Assembly: GCA_000002445.1 (NCBI GenBank)
Contig: CP000069.1
Location: 1,056,001 to 1,120,000 of the forward strand
Source: Trypanosoma brucei
Lineage: Eukaryota
DNA: 64,000 bases
Direction: 5' to 3'
Below, piece after piece: positions 20,932 through 30,820 of this stretch (its first letter is position 1; every line of letters begins with the position of its first letter). The notes under the pieces are model-generated. The model saw only the letters and a list, made by a program, of their open reading frames with translations. It was not told the origin of the DNA and made no database searches. The position numbers and the translations under genes were made by a program.

Positions 20932-21969
20932 TCATTCGAAGTGGTCGTGCTCACCTCCTGCAACTTCACGAGAAAACAAATAACGCGATTCCCACATATA
21001 ATCCTCATCCTCTTCTTCATCGGTGAGTTCATTGGCATTTGTGAAAGAATTACGGTGGCTACGAGGAAACATTCTCTTGCCTTTGTGTTCTCCATAGTCA
21101 AGTGTGAGTTCCTCGCCCACATTAATATCCCTTGCAGCCCGTACAACAACTGTAGCAGTTGGAAGCGACACACAAGCAGCACATGCAGGTGATGAGGCAC
21201 TGTGATTTAACATGTCAACAATTGGTACGATGGCTGACGTTACCGTATCTGTCCTAACGTCATCCGTCCGTATCACCTTCAATTTAAGCACACGAGCACG
21301 CACAACGTAGATGGAAGTAAGAATGGCACTGTCCAATTCGGACGGATGGGCATCGTAAAATCTGTACTCCTCCTGAGGGGCATGTAATAATATGCAATCT
21401 CGCAGATTCCACGCGATCTGCTCGATGGTGGAGTGCACATTTGACCCACACCCACCTTCCGAAAAGTATGGTGCCTCCAAACCATAAGAAAGATACTCAG
21501 TTAAAGGAAGGGAGCTTACGTATAAATCCGCCTTGCGATCTTTTACAGGTCCTAAAGAAGGATTTCCAATACCGACACGAGTTTTGAGTTTCATGACGCT
21601 CTGCCAAAAGTACCGAAGCGCAATGGACACGGCAAGCGACGCCTCCACGGGGGAGAGTGTTAGGGTTACAACTTCATTTTCGTCTGTTGACACGGACGCG
21701 GTAAGTGAAACGCGGTCTTGAGGAAAATCGGGCGACAGTCGCCACAGCCACATCGTTGCCTCGGGGAAAAGTGTGGACCGGTTCCAGCGGCGTAAAGTGC
21801 GAGGGACACGAGACGCATGAGGGAAATAACAGTTACGAGAGGGAACAGAGAGCAACAAATCCCCTTTTCGAAAACAACGGCGCGCGAATAATCCACGGAC
21901 GCTATCATGTCCCCGTCTCGCTTGTAACATAGGTGCCGCACGAGCCCCCAACATGTGAAGCAGCGTCAT
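20932..21969 (-). CDS. SET-domain protein (putative protein lysine methyltransferase)
   Basis: 345-aa ORF with SET N-region (RGLFARRCFRKGDLLLSVP). The C-terminal SET signature is MLNHSASSPACAACV ... GEELTLDYG, i.e. NHSxxPN-like plus ELTxxY. An acidic tail follows. Confidence 0.65.
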   Translation of the reverse strand: MTLLHMLGARAAPMLQARRGHDSVRGLFARRCFRKGDLLLSVPSRNCYFPHASRVPRTLRRWNRSTLFPEATMWLWRLSPDFPQDRVSLTASVSTDENEVVTLTLSPVEASLAVSIALRYFWQSVMKLKTRVGIGNPSLGPVKDRKADLYVSSLPLTEYLSYGLEAPYFSEGGCGSNVHSTIEQIAWNLRDCILLHAPQEEYRFYDAHPSELDSAILTSIYVVRARVLKLKVIRTDDVRTDTVTSAIVPIVDMLNHSASSPACAACVSLPTATVVVRAARDINVGEELTLDYGEHKGKRMFPRSHRNSFTNANELTDEEEDEDYMWESRYLFSREVAGGEHDHFE

Positions 21970-22665
21970 GCCGTAACTTGCGGTAAAAGGTCCTTCTGGT
22001 TGTGGTAGTTGGCACCAAAACAGCAGTAATGTAAGAAAGATACTAATAAATAATTGAACTTACACATAGGACAAGAGATGTAAAACGGAAAAGAATGAAA
22101 GATGAAGAACAATGTGCGGAATGTTCCTTGTATCATCATTTCATCGCTCATACTCGGTAAATATGTCAGATATACAGCACAACTACAATAGAACAAGAAT
22201 TCAAAAAAGCAACAACTAACCCCACAAACCGACGTACTCTCTGTCAAGGGAACACTCTTTCGATATACTACAGTTGCTACATAATGAACAAATACAAAAT
22301 AGAGGGAGGGAATTAGGTAGTATAGAATCAAATATTCACCGAAAGATGGTTCGTATCTCTCTTTTAAGTGAAATCAAATAGCTGCACGTGCAAGACATGG
22401 AGGAAAAGGCATACGGCACTCACGTGGACAGGCCTGCGATTGTGCAGTACGCTTGTGACACACTAAACGAACACAAAAAAAAACGTGCATACACACAGGG
22501 CAGAATGACTATTGATATCTGAACCATCTAAACGCTAATTGATCGACTTTTTTGTTTTCACGCATTCACTCACGGTTGAAACATACAGATAGTTCAATAC
22601 GACGAAGCAATTTTTTAAAAAAACATTATAAGTAACACCAAGATTAGCGCTGCATGATACAACTG

Positions 22666-22690
22666 CTATTATTATTATTATTATTTATTA
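22666..22690. repeat. (TTA)n microsatellite in long gene-free interval
   Basis: Direct read: ctattattattattattatttattac. Confidence 0.9.
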
Positions 22691-24057
22691 CACTCAACCT
22701 CGAGTAACAGCTGGGGGAACAAATCCCTTGTTGGTGTTGAGTGTCTACAGGACGGAGTTTTTAACATTTGTTCAGTGTCCCTTACACGCAGTATAATACA
22801 ATGAACAGGACTTTGATTCCCTTCCACTCTTTCCGTTAATGTGCCCACTCATCGCGCGAAGAAAAAAGGGTGAGGAAAAAGGAAGGAGGCACCTCGAAAA
22901 ACGGATGGAAAAGGGTCGAAAAACATGTAAAATATCGCGAAAATGATGTTTGGAAGAAACATGTGAATCGCAGGAACAAACGCAAGAAAAAGAACCACAA
23001 GTACAAGTACCCCACAATAAGAGGGAAAGGTTTGTGAAAGGCAACGAAGCAAAAAAAAAAATTGCATATGGATATAAAAATACGTTCACAATTCACCTCC
23101 AACTAACGGTAAAGAAAACAAAAAAAAAGTCCTCACGAGCACCCCAACGTAAAGGATTGATTAACACTCGATTTTTTTTTTTAAAAAAAGCGCATAAATG
23201 AACGAAAAGGAAACACCTCTTTACCTCTTCATCTCGATATATCCATTGTTTTCGTACTTTACAAGTCTGACAGCGTGCTATCACCATTCCTTTGAGTGTC
23301 GAGCCGCCCTGACCTTAGCGGTAAAAAATTACAAACAACGCATCAACGCATTTATGTGTAGTGAGGAAAGAAAACCTTGACCCAAACATGAGGTTAACGA
23401 AAAGTAGTAGAACCCAGATAACAACTGTCCCACAGGTCCCACAAACGGGAAAGAAAAAGATATTTACGGTCTGGGCGGGTGCAGTGAGGGATCCATCTAA
23501 AGATGTACAAACTTTTTACAAATAATTACCATGAATCCCAGGTGCGCCATATCCCCTCATTGACAAAACGGAGGAGCCAGAAAAATTACCGCCGCTTCCG
23601 CCCGAGTCCGTTTTAGAGACATGAGTTGACGAAACGGAAGTTGCCTTCGTAGTGGTTGAGGATTCTTTCGGCTTCTCCGACTCGAAGTAACTATTCACTC
23701 TTACTGACGATTTAATCGAGGTTTCCCCAGGTGCAACTGACACAAGCGTACATCCGCTCCCCGACGGCGCAGTGGTGGGCTGATCGTTGGGAAAAGTACG
23801 AGAATAATCGCGAGACTGTACGGCACCGCATACATCGAATTGAGTGTGAGAGGCGCTCGGTGGCAGAATAGCGCTATCGTGAGAGAATGCGGCGCTGTGG
23901 CAAGATCTGCTGCCAAATCCCATAAACGTTCCCTCATTGAGCACTATGGCTTGATGTCCAGGACGGACGTTTACATCAACCCTTTCGGAGATTCCAACTG
24001 CCCCTGAGAAATAAAGAGGTCGTAAATTTGGTCCTTGCGTGGGTTCAAGGCTATTGT

Positions 24058-25287
24058 CTAGTGAATCACCTTGTCGATACAGCGCACTTGTGTCCTTGTT
24101 CCCAAGAGCATCACTGAGGTGTCGAAAGCAGATGATGCATCATCGTTTCCACTTAGTGTCAGTTGCTCTACTTTCAGGCTACCAGTATCACAACTTCTCT
24201 GCCGTAAAGAGCTATGGTACGGATCCGGTGTAGTGCTGCCACTCGCATTATTCCAAAGTACCTCGACACTGGGAAGACTATACACTTCTGCTGGCGATGC
24301 AAATGATACACAATTAAGTACCTTCGGCTCAGCAGTCGAGGTGTTTACAACATCACAGTGTCGATGGAAGTTGCAGCTACCTACGTTTCGTTGCCTAATC
24401 GAAGCCTCCAACTGCGCCACGCGCAACTGTGTCGCATGTAGCTCCTCCTGAAACTTTTTAATTATCATTTCTTGCTCCACCTGCTTTCTTTGCAGGGAAA
24501 TGTTGATATCGTCAGGGGGAGGTGAACATGGCTGACTTGCCACAGGTAACGCTGCATTACCAGTGGAAGCTAACATGGCATTGTCATTCTTGTTTTGTTT
24601 ATTGCAACGTTGCTCGTTTGTCACGAACTCACGCAAAAACGCCAAATCGTGCTTAATTTGTGACACCTCCGCCATCAGTGGGTCATTTGACGCCTCAATT
24701 GCAGCTGATGATTCTGGTGGTGATGCGGTGGCTTCTTCTGTTAATGGATAGTGTTGGACCCTACGGTGACGTTTTATCATGTGAGAATTTAAGGATGAGT
24801 TAGAGGGATAGCTGTTGCCACAATATAAACAAGTGTGTAGCTGCTCCGTTATTCGAGAATGACCCCTCCAGCGTTCGTGCGCGACCTTACGATTAGTTGG
24901 GGAAGCGTCTTGTCGTTTCACGCCGCTCATGGAAACAATCTCTCGCAGTTCCGCCAGTTCTGCAAACACCCGATCACTTTCCTCACGCATGTCACGAAGT
25001 TTTTCTTCAGCTCTTTTTGCCTCAGTTTCCAGCATTTGCTGGCGGTACGAAAGGTACTGAATGGTGCACTGCATCGTACGACTAACTCGCCTCACCAAGT
25101 GATATGCCCTTTTTGAGAAAAACCATTCCAGAGGGAGGTCAAGTTCCTGCCAGCCGATTTGTCGTATCATTGATTCTTTCATTGACGTCTGAGTTCCTTC
25201 CTCAGAGCTGTAAAGCGCAGGCCCATCCACAACGGAAAGAAATGCAATATCACATGGTGGCTGGTGCAACTTAAATTCAAAACCCAT
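24058..25287 (-). CDS. C2H2 zinc-finger, coiled-coil protein (hypothetical)
   Basis: The ORF extends to 25434, but its first 49 codons are read through a telomere-like hexamer repeat (RVRVRVGF) and an upstream Cys/Phe-rich low-complexity stretch. The likely start is Met at 25285-25287 (MGFEFKLHQPP...). The protein has a single C2H2 finger (LHTCLYCGNSYPSNSSLNSHMIKRH) and heptad-rich segments. Confidence 0.55.
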   Translation of the reverse strand: MGFEFKLHQPPCDIAFLSVVDGPALYSSEEGTQTSMKESMIRQIGWQELDLPLEWFFSKRAYHLVRRVSRTMQCTIQYLSYRQQMLETEAKRAEEKLRDMREESDRVFAELAELREIVSMSGVKRQDASPTNRKVAHERWRGHSRITEQLHTCLYCGNSYPSNSSLNSHMIKRHRRVQHYPLTEEATASPPESSAAIEASNDPLMAEVSQIKHDLAFLREFVTNEQRCNKQNKNDNAMLASTGNAALPVASQPCSPPPDDINISLQRKQVEQEMIIKKFQEELHATQLRVAQLEASIRQRNVGSCNFHRHCDVVNTSTAEPKVLNCVSFASPAEVYSLPSVEVLWNNASGSTTPDPYHSSLRQRSCDTGSLKVEQLTLSGNDDASSAFDTSVMLLGTRTQVRCIDKVIH

Positions 25288-25296
25288 CGCCGCGAG

Positions 25297-25328
25297 TCTA
25301 AACCCAACCCTAACCCTAACCCCCCTCA
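25297..25328. repeat. Interstitial telomere-like hexamer repeat (CCCTAA)n on plus / (TTAGGG)n on coding strand, G-quadruplex-capable
   Basis: Plus strand reads ctaaacccaaccctaaccctaacccccc. The minus strand therefore reads GGGGGGTTAGGGTTAGGGTTGGGTTTAG, four G-runs with loops of 3, 3 and 2 nt. Confidence 0.85.
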
Positions 25329-25857
25329 TCAGTTCATTAACAATGCAAATAAAGGGTAAATAAAAAGACACACATACACATAGACTTGAGAATAACTCAC
25401 ACGTGTAGAATACGAAGTAACAAGCAAAAAACAATTAACGGAGCGACCAATACAATTCGTCGGCGTGAGGGGGGGAAGTCATGGCAATTACCAACTTATG
25501 TAGACCTCATGGGCAAAAAGTGTTTCGACCAATATATATGTATACTCTGTACTCTCAACGATAAAAGAGAATACGCATACGAATGCGCCCTCGTTCTGAC
25601 AAACTCAACGATATCACCAAATTATAGTCGCACAAGGGTGTTGTTCTGTCTCCACCAGTAAAAACGGAAGGTGACATTATTCCTCAGGCAGCACTATCTT
25701 ATTCCCATTTCACACTCACAGTGATGAGACCGAGTGAATGGGTGTACGGCTATTTCCTCCGAGGAAGGTAAAATAGTTAGGTATCTTTAAGAAATTATAT
25801 AAAAAACCCTTGGGAAACACCAATAAAAAAAGCGCATCTCGGCATAACCAACTTTTT

Positions 25858-27474
25858 CTAATGTTCGGTGCTGTAGTACTTGTTGAGAAATTCTTTTAAC
25901 ACATCCTTTATTATAGTTCTGTCGCTTACCTTCTGCTGTGATCCGTAAATAGTTGATTTAGCGTTGACAGCACCGTGGCGTCGGCCATTCTTCGTTGCAT
26001 CCTCATATTCCGCAAACATTCTGCCACCAATCTCCGTAACGTCCTCTATAAAGCGATCAGCAACTTCCCCAACCGTCTGCAGTAGCGTGACAGAAAATTG
26101 GAGACCAGATGGAAATTGCAAGCAGTTCAGAACCCAACCTCGGCTACGCAACTCTTCGTTTAAAACGAAAATGTCAATTATGTTACTTCCAAAGGCAAAA
26201 ACACAAGCGGTTGGTTTCCCAATAATGTGTATGTAAGGCAGTTTGGATAACGCATCCGTGATCCTAATCCTCGTTTGTACAATCTTCCGGCAGCAGTCCA
26301 CATAACCCTCCTCTCCGAGTCGTACCATTGATGCCCAGGCGCCAGCAATGACGCTTCCATTCTTTGAACCACAAACTGCTGGGGAACAGTACATGCCACC
26401 AGGCCAGTCCGCTACGCAACAGAACTGGTGGGACCGCAACTCCTGTGTTCTGTAGAGAACAGTCGATGTACCTTTGGGAGCAAAACCATACTTGTGTGTA
26501 TCACAACTGATGGAAGTAACCCCGGGGAGGCGGAAGTCCACAACCGGTGCCGGTAACCCCGCCTTCGCCATGAATGGCACAATGAAACCACCCAAACAAC
26601 AGTCAACATGAAGACCAACGTTGTGCCGGCATGCAATCTCTGACAACTCCTCTATGGGATCAATGACACCGTGAGGAAATGTTGGTGCCGATCCTACAAT
26701 AGCGACTGTGTCATATCTGATGTACTTCTCCATTTCTTTCGCGTCAACCTGCTTCGTGATCGGATCGACAGGTATCTTTACAAGATTAATGCCAAAATAT
26801 TCCGCACCCTTATCAAATGCTGGGTGTGCTGTGATGCCGACAATAACAGAAGGTCGCTCGATCCCCCGGCGAGCCCGTCCCCAATCACGATATGCCTTTA
26901 GAGCCATAACAATACTTTCCGTACCCCCCGATGTAACGGTACCACATGCGTCGGGAAGTAGGTGGCCGTTGAACATGTGAACGACCATCGACACCACCTC
27001 AGCCTCCATTTTACGCACAGCCCCAAAAACATCAGAATGCAGCGGGTTGCTCCACGCAAACATCTTAACAACACGGTTCAACAATTTAGTATGGGAATGC
27101 TCTCCATGATACACTGCGCCGCTTAGAGTGCCATCCTCAAAGGTTTTATCGAGATTTTGGTGAAACTCACTAACCAGGTTGATCACCTCCTCATCTGAAA
27201 AACCCTCCTTCGGTAGCCGTTTGGCTTTAAATTCTCCAGGTTTTGACGGCATCTTTATGCCTTCGGCACTTTTCTTTACTTCCTTCTTTATAATGGGCTC
27301 TACAAAGAACCTCACAACGCGCCACTTTGCGGCATGTAACCGCTTAATGATGCTGCCGTCACGTGCCACATAAATTAGGACTTTGGTTGCAAAGATAGCG
27401 CCGACGGTGAGACACACGATGTGTGACGGTCTTTTCCCCTGAAGACTCCTGTCCAAAAAGCATGACAGCGACAT
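25858..27474 (-). CDS. SPL: Sphingosine-1-phosphate lyase (PLP-dependent group II decarboxylase fold)
   Basis: 538-aa ORF with an N-terminal membrane anchor. SPL-type motifs are GTVTSGGTESIVMALKAYRDW and the PLP-lysine segment SISCDTHKYGFAPKGTSTVLYR. Confidence 0.9.
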   Translation of the reverse strand: MSLSCFLDRSLQGKRPSHIVCLTVGAIFATKVLIYVARDGSIIKRLHAAKWRVVRFFVEPIIKKEVKKSAEGIKMPSKPGEFKAKRLPKEGFSDEEVINLVSEFHQNLDKTFEDGTLSGAVYHGEHSHTKLLNRVVKMFAWSNPLHSDVFGAVRKMEAEVVSMVVHMFNGHLLPDACGTVTSGGTESIVMALKAYRDWGRARRGIERPSVIVGITAHPAFDKGAEYFGINLVKIPVDPITKQVDAKEMEKYIRYDTVAIVGSAPTFPHGVIDPIEELSEIACRHNVGLHVDCCLGGFIVPFMAKAGLPAPVVDFRLPGVTSISCDTHKYGFAPKGTSTVLYRTQELRSHQFCCVADWPGGMYCSPAVCGSKNGSVIAGAWASMVRLGEEGYVDCCRKIVQTRIRITDALSKLPYIHIIGKPTACVFAFGSNIIDIFVLNEELRSRGWVLNCLQFPSGLQFSVTLLQTVGEVADRFIEDVTEIGGRMFAEYEDATKNGRRHGAVNAKSTIYGSQQKVSDRTIIKDVLKEFLNKYYSTEH

Positions 27475-28314
27475 TTTTGTAAATGATGCTAAACTTTATG
27501 TGAATTATTCTTCACACGAGAAAGCGAAAAAAGTATTAAAAAGGCGTGAAAACAACAACTGAATGACAGCACAAAGAATGGGGAGAACTAATTTTTTTGC
27601 TAGCAGAACTAATCACATCCTTCGTGTTTCTACTCGTTAATCCCGCACCTCTCTTATTCATTTTCCCCTCTTCTCCTCCCCCCTTCCGCTTTTTTTATCG
27701 AGTCCACTCTATCTTCGTCTCAAAACAATGCAGCACATGAAATAACTCTATTTTTTAGACACGCACAACAAAAAGAAAAAAAATTGAAACAGAAACGGAA
27801 AAGAAAGCGAAAAGTGAAGAAAAAAAAAGGAAAGAGGAACGAAGCGCCGCCTCTTCGCCTCTCAGCGTCTTCTCTCTCCTTTTTTTTTACGCTGTGAATT
27901 AACCGGAAGATTCCCCGACGTTTTTTCCACGCGTAAGAGCAAAGTTAAACACCAAGAGAAAAACTGACGGTACCTCATTGTCATTGTCATGGGGCACTAA
28001 TAAGGCGGTAAATAATCATTTTTTTTTTAAAAAATGAAGTCAGCAGTATTTATTATGAAAGAGTGGGTCTTTATTTTTTTAAAATCCCATAAGCGGTGAA
28101 ATTACAACCCAGAATTAGAGGTTAAAGAGGAATTGAACAAAAAGAAAAAAAAGTTGCTTCGGGCTACACAAGCGGCCAAACGCGTTCCTCAAGGCGCCAA
28201 GAAGGGGGTGTAGGAAAATGTCGAAAGAAAAAAAAAAAGAAATGACTGCACAAAAAAAAACATGTACAGTGAGCCAAGTAGAGGCATTCAAACAGCAAAA
28301 CGAAGCACAAACGT

Positions 28315-28352
28315 ACGCACACACACACATTATATATATATATATGTGTGTG
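28315..28352. repeat. Compound (CA)n(TA)n(TG)n microsatellite
   Basis: Direct read: cacacacacacattatatatatatatatgtgtgtgc, in the intergenic region upstream of the SPL gene. Confidence 0.9.
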
Positions 28353-28720
28353 CATGTATGAATATGTGCTACGTGAAAGATTTTTATCTAGTTAAAAACA
28401 ACGGAAAAGAAATCCGACGCAGAGAAGGTGAAAATAATAAACAAAAAAATTAAAAGCAAGAAAGTAAAGTTGTATGACACGCACATACGAATATAAAGAG
28501 ACAAACCTACACAACATGGAAGAAACACTCACGAGTACCTGCCATCGTTTCGCATCACCCATTATTCCACGATCCTGTTCCTGCGTTTCGGCAACATTAT
28601 TCCCAGTAACAAAAAAAAATCTAACTAACACAACCCCTTCGCATAAACAAGTTTACAGTTTTTTTTCTTGTTTTAATTTATGTGGAAGAACGTTACAAAG
28701 CACTTTATTTAAATAACTAC

Positions 28721-30406
28721 TCAGCACGACACAATCAAGGATTCCTTGGGGTAGAGGATGAAACAGGGAGATATTCGCGGATGAAGGCTAGTAACCAGAT
28801 TTCCGTAGTACTTTCCATTTACATTAATGCCGAGTGAACCTTCATCTACGCTATATGTGAAGGTCAAAACGTCACCGATACAACACACAGGTAATTCCTT
28901 GAAGGATTGACCAATTCTACCAATGCCTCCATCAACAACACCGAGTTTTGTGGGTTTCCAGTAGAACCCTCCTGGAACAAGGGAAGTGTCTGTCCTTTCA
29001 ACCACACCGACAAATGATTTGTCAAACCCCTTTCCGAGCTGGACACGCCACGTCACACGCCCACGCTCCTCAGGAAACAAGCGCGCAATTTCCTCCACAG
29101 TTTGTTCAGTACGGATACCAATTTGCTTTAAACTATCGGCTTCATTGGGCTGAGCAGTTACATGAACGACACTGTTCAACACCTTCAAGTCAATGCCTTC
29201 ACGCTCCGTTAATGTGAAGCGTCTACCTGTTCGCAGTGGTATCATGCTACCGTCTTGTGCGCAAACATTCAACACTTTTCCCGATTGTGGTCGGGAATCG
29301 TCATCCACTTGTGAATGTGGAATACATCTCCTGAGGTTTGTGTCCCTTCTAATGCCGTTTTTGGAATGTTCTTCCGACCTCAAATCTAGAAATAATTTAA
29401 ATTGAGGTAAACCAAAATCACCAACCTCAAAAAACTTAAAACCAAGCCCTTCTACATCCGGAGTTTCTTCACTGAGGTGGTACGAAAGATATGATCGATT
29501 CTCTAATATCTTATAATCTGAACAACCGCGTTTCATGTGTTGCAGTAGAACAACCGACTCATTAATAGCATTTGCTTTTGCCAACACCCTTCCCCTACAT
29601 TGATTTAAGGAGGCATGGCCGGTATCGCACAACGACCCGAGGGCTTCAAGAAGCTCCTTTTCACGTTGTGACACCATCATCTGTAGTTGGCTAAAGCGTT
29701 CTTTTATTGATTTCTTAACCTCCTCTAAGGAGTCAAAGTATCTTGTCGTCACGACATTTAACTGATTCACCTTCTTTTCTAATCTCTCCTTCTTGTCTGT
29801 CATGAGGGTAATCTCACCGGGAGCTCTATTCCTAAATATGGCAGCCGCCTCTGGTACGCTAATGCTTTCATGACCGTTATGAGGGCCGGTGAGCAAACAA
29901 TATGCGCAGCAAAGACTTTCACAAACCTTGCAGTAAAACTCTAATCGATACTCTTCATGGCCTTGAACGCCGCAGCATCTATAAAGCTTTCGTGTTTCTT
30001 GAGCGTCATCAAGTGGGAAAAATGTATGGTGGCGCTTCGTGGCGTTTTTGTGCACAGCAGTGTTGCAATCCATGCAATAAGCGCCTGCACATTCATCACA
30101 TTGTATCGCAGCAGCAACCTCTTGGCACCATTGGCAAACCGGTTGCTGGGCGAGGCCCTCAACTCTCGCCTTAACGTAAGCCCTAAGTTCATTGTCCACT
30201 AATTTCGGTAATGTTTCATTGTTAATGTGCTCCTGTTTGGTGCTACAAAGAAGGCAAATGAAATCTCTACCTTCCAAGCATTCCAACCTCCCTAGCACAC
30301 AAGATGCGCAAAAGCTGTGTTTGCAGCTGAGCGTGACGGGATCGTGAAGAATTCCAAAACATATCCCGCAGGTAATAGTGACTGGTATCCCCGGAACCTC
30401 CGTCAT
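28721..30406 (-). CDS. RING / B-box1 / B-box2 / coiled-coil / SPRY protein (TRIM-like E3 ligase architecture)
   Basis: 561-aa ORF. C3HC4 RING: CGICFGILHDPVTLSCKHSFCASCV...CLLC. B-box1-like: CQWCQEVAAAIQCDECAGAYCMDCNTAVHKNATKRHH. B-box2: CCGVQGHEEYRLEFYCKVCESLCCAYCLLTGPHNGH. Heptad coiled coil (KKERLEKKVNQLN...LQMMVSQREKELLEAL). C-terminal SPRY-like region (VTWRVQLGKGFDKSFVGVV...LPVCCIGDVLTFTYSVDEGSLGINVNGKYYG). Confidence 0.75.
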   Translation of the reverse strand: MTEVPGIPVTITCGICFGILHDPVTLSCKHSFCASCVLGRLECLEGRDFICLLCSTKQEHINNETLPKLVDNELRAYVKARVEGLAQQPVCQWCQEVAAAIQCDECAGAYCMDCNTAVHKNATKRHHTFFPLDDAQETRKLYRCCGVQGHEEYRLEFYCKVCESLCCAYCLLTGPHNGHESISVPEAAAIFRNRAPGEITLMTDKKERLEKKVNQLNVVTTRYFDSLEEVKKSIKERFSQLQMMVSQREKELLEALGSLCDTGHASLNQCRGRVLAKANAINESVVLLQHMKRGCSDYKILENRSYLSYHLSEETPDVEGLGFKFFEVGDFGLPQFKLFLDLRSEEHSKNGIRRDTNLRRCIPHSQVDDDSRPQSGKVLNVCAQDGSMIPLRTGRRFTLTEREGIDLKVLNSVVHVTAQPNEADSLKQIGIRTEQTVEEIARLFPEERGRVTWRVQLGKGFDKSFVGVVERTDTSLVPGGFYWKPTKLGVVDGGIGRIGQSFKELPVCCIGDVLTFTYSVDEGSLGINVNGKYYGNLVTSLHPRISPCFILYPKESLIVSC

Positions 30407-30799
30407 CGTTGAAGAGGTACTGCCGCAATGAGCGGTTCAGGGGTGGAAAGAAAAAAAAAAAAAGAAAGGAACCACAAACGGAACTCGCTTTTACCTCTAA
30501 CGGGAGAATAATCTAGGGGGTTTAATCCAGTCTTTTTTTCCCCTCCTCAGGTGATGAAGAATTGAAGCGAACAACTTTTTAAAAAAGCAGTCAGTAGGGG
30601 AGAAGAATGAAAATAAAAGTGTGGCGAGTACTCAAACAAGCAGCGGACCATTCAACACACAGAGCGAGGGCAACCAGAAAGAGGGAGGGGGAAAGGGGAA
30701 AGGGAAGGTGGATGAGTTTAACGTGCTCAAAAGAAATAGGGGAGAAGAAAACACCCACAATTATGCCGCAAAAAACTTTCTTAACAAACACCACTGTGC

Positions 30800-30820
30800 T
30801 CCCCCCCCCCAAAAAAAAAA
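30800..30820. repeat. Homopolymer junction C11/A10
   Basis: Direct read: ctcccccccccccaaaaaaaaaag. A second C9 run lies at 30969-30977. Confidence 0.85.

Noticed and set aside
20508-20935. Overlapping minus-strand ORFs 20508-20852 and 20588-20935 between the methyltransferase and SET genes
   Set aside because: They are mutually overlapping in different frames, highly hydrophobic and low-complexity (FFF, CxC), and lie in a purine-rich intergenic spacer. They are most likely non-coding.
22772-23102. Cluster of three overlapping minus-strand ORFs (22772-23089, 22836-23102, 22849-23067) in the long gap
   Set aside because: These are three frames over the same Phe/Leu/Cys-rich pyrimidine tract, the typical polypyrimidine region read as protein. 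There are no motifs.
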